Shown: piece after piece, positions 52,505 to 62,881 of the stretch
Layout of the letters: the number at the start of each line of letters is the position of its first letter
Numbering within the stretch: position 1 is the first letter of the stretch
The notes under the pieces: generated by a model
Database searches by the model: none
What the model was told of the DNA's origin: nothing
The model's input: only the letters and a program-made list of their open reading frames with translations
NCBI GenBank assembly: GCA_964019335.1
Contig: OZ025699.1
Span: 434,001-498,000 of the forward strand
Source: Diplonema japonicum
Taxonomy: Eukaryota > Protista > Euglenozoa: Diplonemea
Length of the DNA: 64,000 nt
Direction: 5' to 3'
Translations under genes and position numbers: made by a program

Positions 52505-54737
52505 ATGGACGTTCACAAAGCTTTGAAGGGGTACGGGATGACAGCCCGCGGGAAGGGGTACCGGATTGGAAACGGAAACTCCTTCTACGGAGTGGTCGGA
52601 GAGAAGACGGGAAAGAAGGGGAGCGACGTTAGGCGCCGCATGATACAAGAGCTGCGAGGAAGCGAGGAGTACCGGGCGAGTGTCATCGGAGACTACGACC
52701 TGTACTGCTCCCAGCACGCCAGGGAGGGGACCGCCGCGGACCCGGTTACCATCCAAGCCACCGCCCGCGCACTGAAGACCGACATCCACCTGATTACGGC
52801 CGACGGCGGCGCCCTCATCGTCTCCCCTATCGTGGGAGAGTCCAAGTCCAAGAAGCAGCCCATCCACGTCGCCTTCGACGGCCGGGCATACCTCAACGCC
52901 ACGGAGCCGTTCAACGTGAACGTGCTGAAGAAAGCTATGCAGCAGTTCAAGCTGCCACGGGTCGGGATTCCAACCTCAGACGGAGAGGCGAAGGCATGGA
53001 GGGGACCGAACAGCAAGCCACCACGGAAGGAACCGCAGGCAAAGAAATGCTGGCTCCTCGAGCAGGGACAGTTCGACCTACCCTTCATAGAGTGGGAAGA
53101 GCTGGTGGCAGGAAAAGATGGCATAGCCATCGCGACCGAGGTCAACGTGGAGGAGGCAGAAAAGATGTCCTGGGACGGGAACAAGGCAGTCCTCCTCAAC
53201 GCAACGGCAAGGGTCGATACGAACACGACGTCGTGCTCAAGGCGGCTGGAGAGTACTCGAACAGGACAATGTTCTTGCACGTACTGAGCGGAAAGATCTC
53301 GCGCTCTCAAAAAAACAAAAACACGGTGGGTATTGACCTGGCCGCGATGTACACGCGGGTAGCTTTCGTCGTCTCGAAGACGCACACCCCAGCCCAGACA
53401 TGGGAGAGGGTGACCTCCGAACCCCGGAAGCTGGTCCAGGAGATGCTGGGCTGTAGAACGATCCACAGGATCGACAAATACGTGGATGGACCGGCCCCAA
53501 GGGTTGACGTGCTCGTCACGATCGCAACCGAGAACCGCCGCCGCCTCGTAGGTGCATCCGGGAAGATGGGGGTCTTCGTCAAGCCGAAGGACGTGGAGAA
53601 GTCCCCTGTCGCCTGGCTCCCGAAGGAGATCACTCTGGAAGAGGCACTCGAGCTGGCGGAGACTGAGAAGCAGGGGTTAGCGCTGCGCGAATCCGACGGC
53701 CGTCTCGGGGTGAGGACATCGGAGGAGAGGAAAACCACGCTCCTCGACAAGGTATTAGGCGAGGAGGAGCGACAACGCGGGCAGCATGGGGAGCCCAGGT
53801 GGCGTTTGTCGGGACTGTACGGGCAGTGCGGAGCCGAACACGTTGAGGCGATACTCGAGGCGATTAAGTGGGAGGCCACGGCGGATGGTGCAACAGCATG
53901 AGGTGCTGGTACATCCGAGGGGGCGAACCCCCAACCACGTCACTGAAGATCACGTCCCCAACTGGGCGGGTCCTCAACTGCAGGATAGCTCCCGACGTTA
54001 GAAACCGACCCGCCAAAAAGACACCGCCAGCTCAGTCCTGGGGAAGGCCGAAAACGGGGACCACAAACAACGCGGGCAAGTCGTACCTCGGAGCAGTGAC
54101 GGGGTCCTCTCAACCAGACCACAAACCACCAGCTTCAGGAAAGAAGGTTGCCCCTGCGGGTAAAGCCGCCCCACCGAAGTCCGGTAAGTCGCCCACAACA
54201 TCGAAGAAAGCCGATCCCCCGGCCTTTGAGGACCGCCTCACAGCAATCGAAAACGCACTTCGTAAACTAGCAGGGGAACCGGTCAGCGACGTCAAGCCGC
54301 CGGCTGAGGTGGTCAGTCTACGGAGGGAGAACGCGGAGCTACGGGAGGAGGTCCGGCAGATGCACATCCAGATGGCCGCGCTCACCGAGCAAATTAAGAG
54401 ACTCACGGAAGCGACGCTCTCGAAGCCCGTCCCCGGGAACCGGGCCCCGATGATGCGCCCTGCTGCCGGGGAGGAGATGATGGACGACTCCGAAGATGAC
54501 TTGGGTCCCCCCCCAACTGACGATGACACCGACATCGACCTGGACGAGGGCCCCGCCGACATTGACGACTGCCTGGGCAAGGGCATCTGCCACGTCTACA
54601 ACGGGACATATCAATGCTGGAAGGGTGTATGCCACTACTGCGGCGGGAACATCACAAAGAGCAACCCAGCACAGACCTGCATATTACCAGACTGCAAAAG
54701 GGTAAAATGCCGCGGGTGCGAACAATGCGAACAATGA
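52505..54737 (+). pseudogene. Retrotransposon ORF1 (OTU-like N-terminus, coiled coil, Cys-rich C-terminus), two frameshifts
   Basis: Three overlapping ORFs (52505-53287, 52996-53901, 53868-54737) join by frameshifts near 53215 and 53880. Coiled coil LRRENAELREEV; terminal CHYC..C..C..C..C cluster. Confidence 0.75.
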
Positions 54738-54830
54738 CTCCATGAGGGCTCCCCCCAAACCCACCCCCCAAACCCATTCCCTCCGCCCCGTTCCCATCCT
54801 TCCAAATACAATCCGATACGCTTATCTGAC

Positions 54831-57800
54831 ATGAAATTTGAACGTCTCACCGAACAGGGTATCGAACCCCACCCCGGACCAGAGCCAGAACACGAGAAAT
54901 TCACCATTTTCACACACAACGGCTCATCACTTAACAACAGGCTGAGCGAGTACTCCACCGTCCTCCCGGACGCATTCTGCATCCAGGAGACAGCCCTCAC
55001 GGCTCAGACGCAGCTGGAAATCGAACACGTGCTGAGAGACGATGACTGGGGCAAACGATACGCCAGATTCTGGAGCAAGCCACAGCCAGGCAGGGAGTCC
55101 AGTGGTGTCACATCTCTGACGATAGCGAAAGCAAACGGTGGCTTCACCTGATCAACGTCTACTGCCACTCGGGCCAGGACCAAGCCAAGACGAAATACCG
55201 TGAAGAGCTTCTCCACTACATCCTTTGCCGTCTTAAGTTCGAACTGGGAGACGTGCCTGTGGCCGTGGTGGGCGATTTCAACACGGACGAAGTACGATCC
55301 CCCACGTTAAGGAAAGCTATACAGACAGACTGGGTAGACGCCGCTGCGTTCTGTGCAAGAAGGGATGGTGTGCAGGCGGAGGACACGTTCGTTAGGACCA
55401 ACTGCAGCACGAGGATTGACAGGGTCCTGCTGAATAACATCGCGGCCCAAGGTCTCGAACATTGCGGAGTAAGCGATATGATCACCGGGTCGGACCACCG
55501 ATGCTTGTCGGTGACACTCAACATCCCAGCTTTTCGTCAAGAAGTCCTGAGGTACACCATCCCACAGGAGATACCGAAGACCAAGAAGGCGCCTGGCGAG
55601 GTGGCGAAGGCACTGATGCAGAAGTCGAGGTACCGGGAGTTCATAGCAGCACAGGAGCCCACCGAAGCTTTCTCGGAGATATCAGACCTCGCAGAGGAGT
55701 ACCTATTACATGGGTACAAGGGGCCGACGCGCAGCGTGTACACCGGGAGAGGCAAAGTACGGGAACCTACGAAATCGGAGCTAAGTGCGAGGTCGGCGGA
55801 GTCGGCGGTCGGAGCGGCATCGAACAGACAACAAAGACTGGAAAAGCTGAAGCACAAGATCCGCAGTGCGCAACAGCAAATGCTAAGGCTTTATGAAAAC
55901 GGACACTGCGGTCCGCTGCCGGTAGAGTTACGGAACGTCCTCAGAAATATTGCGACACTAGGAGAAGAACTGAAGGTTGACAACTGCCAGGTGGACGCGA
56001 CAGGGGGTATCGACGGCATCAGGGAGGAGCTGGACATAGCAGAGGACTTCGCTCAGGGAATGCTATCAGAGCTACTCCAATACCGCAAGAGAACGCAGAC
56101 GAAGGCCTACGAACGCTCAGTCCGTGCTGACTTTGGGAAAGAACGCAAGCACATCACAGCCTGGGTCAGAGACCGCCCAAACCAGAGAACGGACGTGGTT
56201 GAGGTAGCAGACGGAGGGGTGACGGCGAACCTACAGGAAATGGACAAGGTGATGCGGAACGCGTGGTCGGGCGTCTTCTGTGCGCGAACACCCGAGGAAG
56301 AGCCACAGTATGAGCGGTTTGCACAACGTTACGGGGACCTGATCAAGAAAGCCCCAATGGCACGGACTCCCATCACAGCAGAACAGCTGAGGGAAGTGAT
56401 CAGGAAGAAGCCGGAGAAAGGAGCATGTGGCGTGGACGGTTGGCGGATGAGTGAACTGAAGCGTCTCCCAACGAGCATCCTGAAGGCTTTCGCAGACCTC
56501 TTCAACCTGATCGAGGAAACAGGCCAGTGGCCGAGACAGATCACGACAGCACTGGTGTCCCTGATTCCGAAGGGTGAGGGGTCAGCACCACTGAATCATC
56601 GTCCCATCACAGTGACCAGCACCATCTACCGCTTGTGGGCGTGTACGAGGCTGAAGGGTGTCTTGACTGGCAAGAACGCTGGATCACGCCGAGACAGCAC
56701 GGGTTTCGACCCAAACACAGTACGACAACTGCCCTCATGGAGTTATGTACCAAGCTGGAACTAGCTCTGGTGGAAGGAGAACCGCTGGAAGGACTAGCCC
56801 TAGACTTTCGGAAATGCTTCGATCTAGTGCCACAACGGCTGTCTCTCGACCTCATGGACGCCCTGGGGATGGACCAATCCATAGGGAGAGCACTCCAAGG
56901 GATGTACACCCAAATCACAAGGAGGTTCAAGTACCCCATAGGAGTGGGAGAAACATTTGAGACAACGAACGGAATTCTCCAAGGATGCCCCCTGTCAGTC
57001 ATCGTCCCCTGTCAGTCATCGCCCTGTCAGTCATCGCCCTGTCAGTCATCGCCCTGTTGTCCATCATGGTGCGGGCAGTCGAGCAAGTCGCGCCAGACGC
57101 CGAAGTGCTAGCCTACGCTGACGACGCATACCTGCTGGCAAAGCTGCGTGGCTCACTACAAGCTGCGGTCAATGGGACATTGGAGTTCTGCGACCTGACG
57201 GGGATGGAAATCAAGAGAAGACTGTTGGTTTCGGCACTGCTGAAGATTTCAAGTCGAAAGTCATAGGAAACCGAACGGAGATGAGGAAAGGCTTGGAGGT
57301 CGCGGTACCCTACAAGACGGTGACAGACCTCTGCGGACTGGGGGTGAAGATCAACAGACGCAGGACAGGAACGACGTGGAACAAACCGACCACGGGGGCG
57401 CTTGGCTCGCTGGACCGACTGGGGGGCACAAGGATTGCTTTCGAAACCAAAGCACACTTGGTCAGCACGACGGTCCTGCCATCTTGCCTATACAGTGGGC
57501 CGTTCTCCCCTCCATGTGATGAGGCACTCAAGAAGCTAACGACGAAGATCACTTGTAACCTGTGGGGCCCTCATCACCGTGGACGGTCGCCCACCGCGGT
57601 AAACACAGTCCTGCTGAAGGGGCACACCAATGACCCCCTTTCCTACGTAATGTACCACTCCCTGAAGGTAGTATCCGGAGCACTCGATGACAGTCGGCTA
57701 CGGCAGAGATGCATACAGATCGCTGCGGGGTATGACGCGGGTTCCATCCCGATGGGGCCGGTTGGCAACCTGGTCTGCCGGTGGCTTCCCCGAATAGGAT

Positions 57801-58947
57801 GGAGTTGGGCGCAGCTACTAGGTTGCAACACATCTTGGGCCGAACGCGGACACATCTTTAGAGAGGTGGTGAGGAAGGCCCGAAGTAGGACGCTGGCGGT
57901 CGAGAGGAGCACGATAAGCGGGATAGAGCCGGGGGCGGACCCCAAGACGAACCGATTATGGAGGACGGCCAAGGACCCGCTCATGTCCTACAGCCTGAGA
58001 CGAGTGATCGCAGGAGGGGTTCCCTACCTAAACCCGCACGCAAATGCGAAGCGAAAGAGCGTCCCACTGGCGCCTGAAGGTGACGACAACGGTGACGACG
58101 AGGAGAACATGGGCCAGGCACCAACGACGGAGGTATCGCACACGCAAGGATTCAGATGCGACCTGTGCAAGTCTCCACACCCGGACACGGTGACCTTACT
58201 CCGCCATCAGCTGTATGAGTGCGCCTGTGCACAAGAGGAACTGGCACTAGACGGAATGGAGCCGTTGCGCAACAGATCAGGATGGCCCCTATGTCTGGAG
58301 CTGCACGCGATACTGCCGAGGGGGCATGTCTTCGCACACCTGGAGAAGCTGCAGCAGTACATGGCTGTGGTGGTCGGGAAACGGGATGTGGAGCTCATGC
58401 AAATAGACAACGCCAGCACACAGCCGCTGCCGTGGGTACGCAATGTGGAGGGAAGGAGATGCCTCGTGCCAACGGCGGGGGAGCTCGAAGGAGTGGGAGG
58501 AATCGTCGCAGAATTCTTGAACCCGCTGCTGCAGTGGTTGTCACAGCTACGATGGGTGAAGGAGGACACCAGCTCTGAAGTGTCAGCGGTGGAATTGGCC
58601 ATCGACTTCGAATGGACGACAGGCAAGTTACTGGGAGGTCTGCTGGAAGATAGGGCTCGCAAGATCATAGCACTGATAAGAAAGCTGAACGCGGCATGCA
58701 GGGCACGGAAGAAGCCACGCCCCTTCCCAGCAGATGAACAGAAGAGAGTGAAGTCCCTCATCGCAATAGGTGGGAAGACGGCTATGGGTTCGCCAGGAGG
58801 CCCATCTTCGCCACCCACTCCACGCACGACAAGCTGATGGAACTGAAAGCCGCTTACAAGCGAGACCGCATCACACGACTCCGCAAGACGCTCAAGGCCT
58901 CGATTGGAACGAAAGCAATGCTCCAGAAGGGGAGTATAAATAGATAG
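54831..58947 (+). pseudogene. Retrotransposon ORF2: 2A-like peptide, AP endonuclease, reverse transcriptase, CCHC-like knuckle; multiple frameshifts
   Basis: APE motifs THNG, CIQET, LINVY, VVGDFN, RIDRV, SDH. RT motifs GVDGW, LIPKG, RPITV, QHGFRP, LDFRKCFD, GILQGCPLS, YADD. CDLC..H..C knuckle. Frameshifts near 55140, 56660, 57005, 57250 and 58790. Confidence 0.92.
56990..57051. repeat. Four tandem copies of CCCTGTCAGTCATCG within the RT
   Basis: 15-bp unit with 2 extra nt after the first copy, causing a frameshift just after QGCPLS. Confidence 0.9.
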
Positions 58948-59002
58948 CCCCCCCCAACCCACCCAAGGGCGGCCCTCCATGAGGGGGTTTGTCCTGCACT
59001 TT

Positions 59003-59045
<43 letters not shown>

Positions 59046-59738
59046 CCCCTAGCCCTCGCTTTCTCAATCGATCAAAAAAAAAGTTTTTTTTTTTGATGTG
59101 ATTGATTTTTTTTTTTTAATTATTCGTTCTCTCATTTTTTTTTTACACCCCCTCTTTTTGCTTTTTTTTGAGACTTAAGAAAGAAGAAAAGGGGGGGGGG
59201 GGGGGGGTGAAGAGGATGGGGGGAATTGTGCAAATCTGCTCTCCCCCTGCAAAAAAAAAGAAGAAAAAAAAAACGAGCGAAAAAAAAATTGTTTTCTCTC
59301 ATTTTTACTTTTTTTTTCTCCCCTTTTATTTCCCCTTCCTTCCCCCTTCTTTTACTTTTTTTTGAGACTTAAGAAAGAAGAAGGGCAAGGAGGGGATGGG
59401 GAGAGAACCGGAACATATGCTCAAACAAAAAAAAAAAAAAAAAAAAAAAAACAAAAAAAACATATCTACCATATCTGCAAAACTTCTGCTGCCTCTCTAA
59501 ATCCCCCACTGTGCTGCAGTGAATTTCCCTTCCCCCCCCACCTTTTTTTTCCCCATGCCAAAAAAAAAACGTTACTTTTATTTTTCCTCCCCCCTCCCCC
59601 ATTCGTTTTCCCCCCAGCACCAACACCAAACAGGGTTTTCTTTTGCTTCTTTTTTTTTTCTTCTTTTTTTTTTTTCTTTGGGGGAGGAGAGGGGATTTTT
59701 TTTTTGTCCCCTCTTTGGGTTTAAAAAAAAAAAAAAAA

Positions 59739-62008
59739 ATGGGGCTCACCGACGAGCAACAGGACCTGATGGAGGAGAGCTGGAAGATGGTAAACAGCGC
59801 GGGACTCGACCAGCTGGGCTTCAGGCACTACAAGATCCTGGTGCAGATGGGCGGCGACGAAATCAGAACCATGTTTATGTACACCCATCTGGACAGACAG
59901 CAGAAAATGCTTATATCAACAATGAAATGGATGATGTTCAACGTGAATAACTCGGAAGGGCTGAGAAGGCTAGCCCTATACCACGCGCACCTAAAGGTCA
60001 CCGAAAGACTTTTCGGACTATTTGGAAAAGCCTTCATCGAGGCCATGAAGGAGACGGTGGGTCCTCAATTCGACCTTAAGTACCAAACAGCTTGGGCTAC
60101 TGCTTATCAACTCATCGCCGACTCTTTCGTGAAATTTTTAAAAGTGTATGGGGAACAAGTAACCCGCGCTGCGAAGGAAGAAGAAGAAGTCGCAAAACGA
60201 AATACCTACAACGAGCTACGAAACTATTTTAGAGACGAACGGGCAGAGAATTTTCTCGCCTTGTCGGACAAAGAGGGTTCCGTGTACGTCTCTCAGTACG
60301 AGCGGGAGCAGCTCCCCACATCAGTGGAACAACACGACAGGACCATGTTTCGAAAAAGGTGGTTGGTTCTAAGAGGCAGATACCTTTACATCCAGAAGAA
60401 AGAGAACCAACCTCCTCAAAACATTCTCGACTTGGGCTATTGTTCACTTGAGGACACCTCTACCCCCGGTGGAAGGCTTCCCTCCCCATCTCCCTTTTCA
60501 TTCGCGCTAACCGACGATACCGGCATGGTCACGTATTTCCTACTATCTGGTGACGATGAAAAAGAAGTCTGGGGGCAGATTCTACTCCAGGTCCTCTCAA
60601 GATTTTATTACTTAAGAGAGGCTGTTCCAAGATCAACTGGTGTGTTGTCCATCACCGTGTTAGGCGAAGAACTCATACCGAAAGAATTTTGTGAGGATGA
60701 TTTTGAAATGCTTGTGCTTATAGGTAAAGGGACCTTCGGCAAGGTGTACAAGGTGAAGGAGGTTGCCACAGGGAAGATCTATGCGGTAAAGGTGTTGAAG
60801 AAATCCGCATTGAAGCGCGAGTCGCAGATCACAGACCTGAGAAACGAGAAGGGGATCTTGCTAAACATCTCGCACCCGTTCATCGTGAAGCTGCATGCTA
60901 CCTTCCAGTCGAAAGACCGGCTCTTCTTACTATTCACCTTCCTCAGCGGAGGCGAGTTGTTCTTCCACATCCAACAGTCAGAGTCGTATTTCTCGGTATT
61001 TTTTTTTGGGGGGGGGACCAATGTTTCCAACCTCCCTGTGGTGGTTCCTGGTAATTGTGGTTTGGAGAAACACAAGCGAAAGGGAAACTCTCGTTCTAAA
61101 GCCGTACACGTGGGGAAACCTGAACGGGGGTGGAGAGCCCACCCTACGCGTGGCGCCAGTTAGCATCGCCCTCAACGGAGAGTCCCTTATCCCATTACAT
61201 CGAACAAGGAGGTGGCTTCACCAGGTCAGGCAAGTAGCCTCCCCGCGGCATCGTGCCAGTGAAGCTAGCCTCCCACAACTCTCTAGTTGGTGTTTAATTG
61301 CTTCTGTGGCCCCTCTCCCTATTTCAATTTCCAAGCTTTCTTTACCTCTCCACTTTTACTTTCTACGGGACCACAGGGGACTTGGGAGGCTTCGGGGCGA
61401 AGTTTCACAAGGGTGGCCGCTGTGTCACATACTGCATGGCACCACTAAAATCGAGACAACTTTTTTTTTTTTTTAAAGTCGATGGTGACCTTTAACGTTG
61501 ATCCTGACCTGCTGAGGGTGTGCCTGCTGAGGGTGTGCCTGCTGAGGGTGTGTGCCTGCTGAGGGTGTGTGCCTGCGTCCTTTTGGTGAACTCTTCCACG
61601 TACACCTTGTCAAGCTCCACACGGCCTCCTTCGCCTAAGTGCAGCACCACCATACCAGCATCCGTCAGCACGGAAGTCCCTAGGGATTCTGACTTTATCG
61701 TTTCCCGTCGCATCTTCTTTTCTTGGATCACCATCTTATAATTGTAAAAACCCCCTTTTTTTTTTTTTTTTTTGCTTACGCTCCATATTCGCTAATGTGA
61801 CCCGGCCTATGTCCTAAAAGGATTATAAATAAAGATAATTTGTTTCCCCCTCCCCCCCCCTCCCCCAAATAAAAAACCTTCAGGAAGCCAAGTCTCGTTT
61901 CTACATCGCCGAGACCGCGCTGGCGGTGTCGTACCTCCATGAGAACAACATTGTGCATCGTGATTTGAAGGCTGAGAACCTGGTGTTGAGCGCAGAGGGG
62001 TATGATTG

Positions 62009-62043
<35 letters not shown>

Positions 62044-62444
62044 CAGCCACGTGTGTTTGACCGATTTTGGCTTCGCAAAGACCATCGAGAAGGACGCGGT
62101 TCCAAACCAAACCTGTGGAACTCTAGCGTATATGGCCCCAGAGATCTTCTCGAAATCAGCAATGGGGTACGGACAGGAGGTGGACTGGTGGTCGTTGGGG
62201 GTCCTCTTGTTCAATATGCTAACCCTGTGCTACCCTTTCCTGAGGGCCACCACCATCGAGACTGTGACAGCCATCACCAGCGAACCGCTGAAGTTTCCAG
62301 AACAGCCCATTCTCAGCGAGGATGCCGTGGACTTGCTCATCCGATTGTTGACAAAACGGCCCAAAGACAGATTGACGGATATGAACGATATGAAGAACCA
62401 CCCGTGGTTCAGAGGCTTCGATTGGGAGGCGTGTTTGAGGTTAG

Positions 62445-62481
<37 letters not shown>

Positions 62482-62881
62482 ACAGGAAAGAACTTGCCCC
62501 ACCATTTGTGCCGATCTCGACAGGGCGGAACACGAAGTACTTCAGACCGTGTGAGAAGGGAACATCTTTGGCGAGGTGTGTTTCAATAAAAAACAAAAAA
62601 AAAAAAACAAAAAAAAAAAAAAAAAAAAATACAGCATTGCGCAAATAGAGGAACAGATGGAGTTGTCATCTTTTTTCGACGTTCACCAAACATATTTCAC
62701 GCAGCACGTGGTGGCTGCAGAGAAGGGGACGAGAGATGCCTTAAATTCTAAGATGGACATTCAGGGCCTGATGACCAGAGGAGAGGAGCTGAAGCGAAGA
62801 CAGGAGAGCGGCGAGGCAGAGGGTACAGAGACCATTGATAAGACGACCGGCGATAAAGTAACAGACAAAGAAAAAGAGTGA
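59739..62881 (+). CDS. Globin-PH-AGC (Akt/PKB-like) protein kinase; exons 59739-60995, 61884-61999, 62047-62439, 62486-62575, 62635-62881
   Basis: Globin (LMEESWKMV, RTMF, RQQKML, LALYH), PH (FRKRWLVL..EKEVW) and kinase (GKGTFG, AVK, HRDLK, DFG, CGTLAYMAPE, DWWSLG, PPFVP tail). Four GT-AG introns restore one continuous frame. Confidence 0.9.
60996..61883 (+). other. Intron 1 of the kinase gene (888 nt, contains GC-rich inserted material)
   Basis: GTATTT...AAATAAAAAACCTTCAG joins SYFS to EAKSRFYIAE in frame. Confidence 0.85.
61509..61577. repeat. Four tandem copies of CCTGCTGAGGGTGTG(TG)
   Basis: Visible 15-17-bp tandem inside intron 1. Confidence 0.85.
62000..62046 (+). other. Intron 2, 47 nt, poly(A)-filled
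   Basis: GTATGATTG(A)32CCTCAG; splicing gives AEG-HVCLTDFG. Confidence 0.92.
62440..62485 (+). other. Intron 3, 46 nt, poly(A)-filled
   Basis: GTTAG(A)36CACAG; splicing gives FDWEACLR-KELAPPFVP. Confidence 0.92.
62576..62634 (+). other. Intron 4, 59 nt, A-rich
   Basis: GTGTGTTTCAAT(A-rich)TACAG; restores the frame into the final exon. Confidence 0.82.

Larger units (their letters stand above)
52259..59043 (+). mobile_element. Full-length, decayed APE-type non-LTR retrotransposon with SL head and poly(T) tail
   Basis: SL, 5' UTR, ORF1, ORF2 (APE + RT + Zn knuckle), 3' hairpin and (T)38, preceded by (T)31CC. Confidence 0.92.

Noticed and set aside
52505-58947. Alternative genetic code or programmed frameshifting to explain the broken element ORFs
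   Set aside because: Host genes read cleanly in the standard code, and the breaks are scattered indels without slippery sites. Decay or sequencing error is simpler.
20098-59738. ORF-track N-terminal extensions (starts 20098, 42136, 51465, 59643)
   Set aside because: Non-ATG starts running through low-complexity leaders; the first credible ATGs are 20131, 42514, 51513 and 59739.
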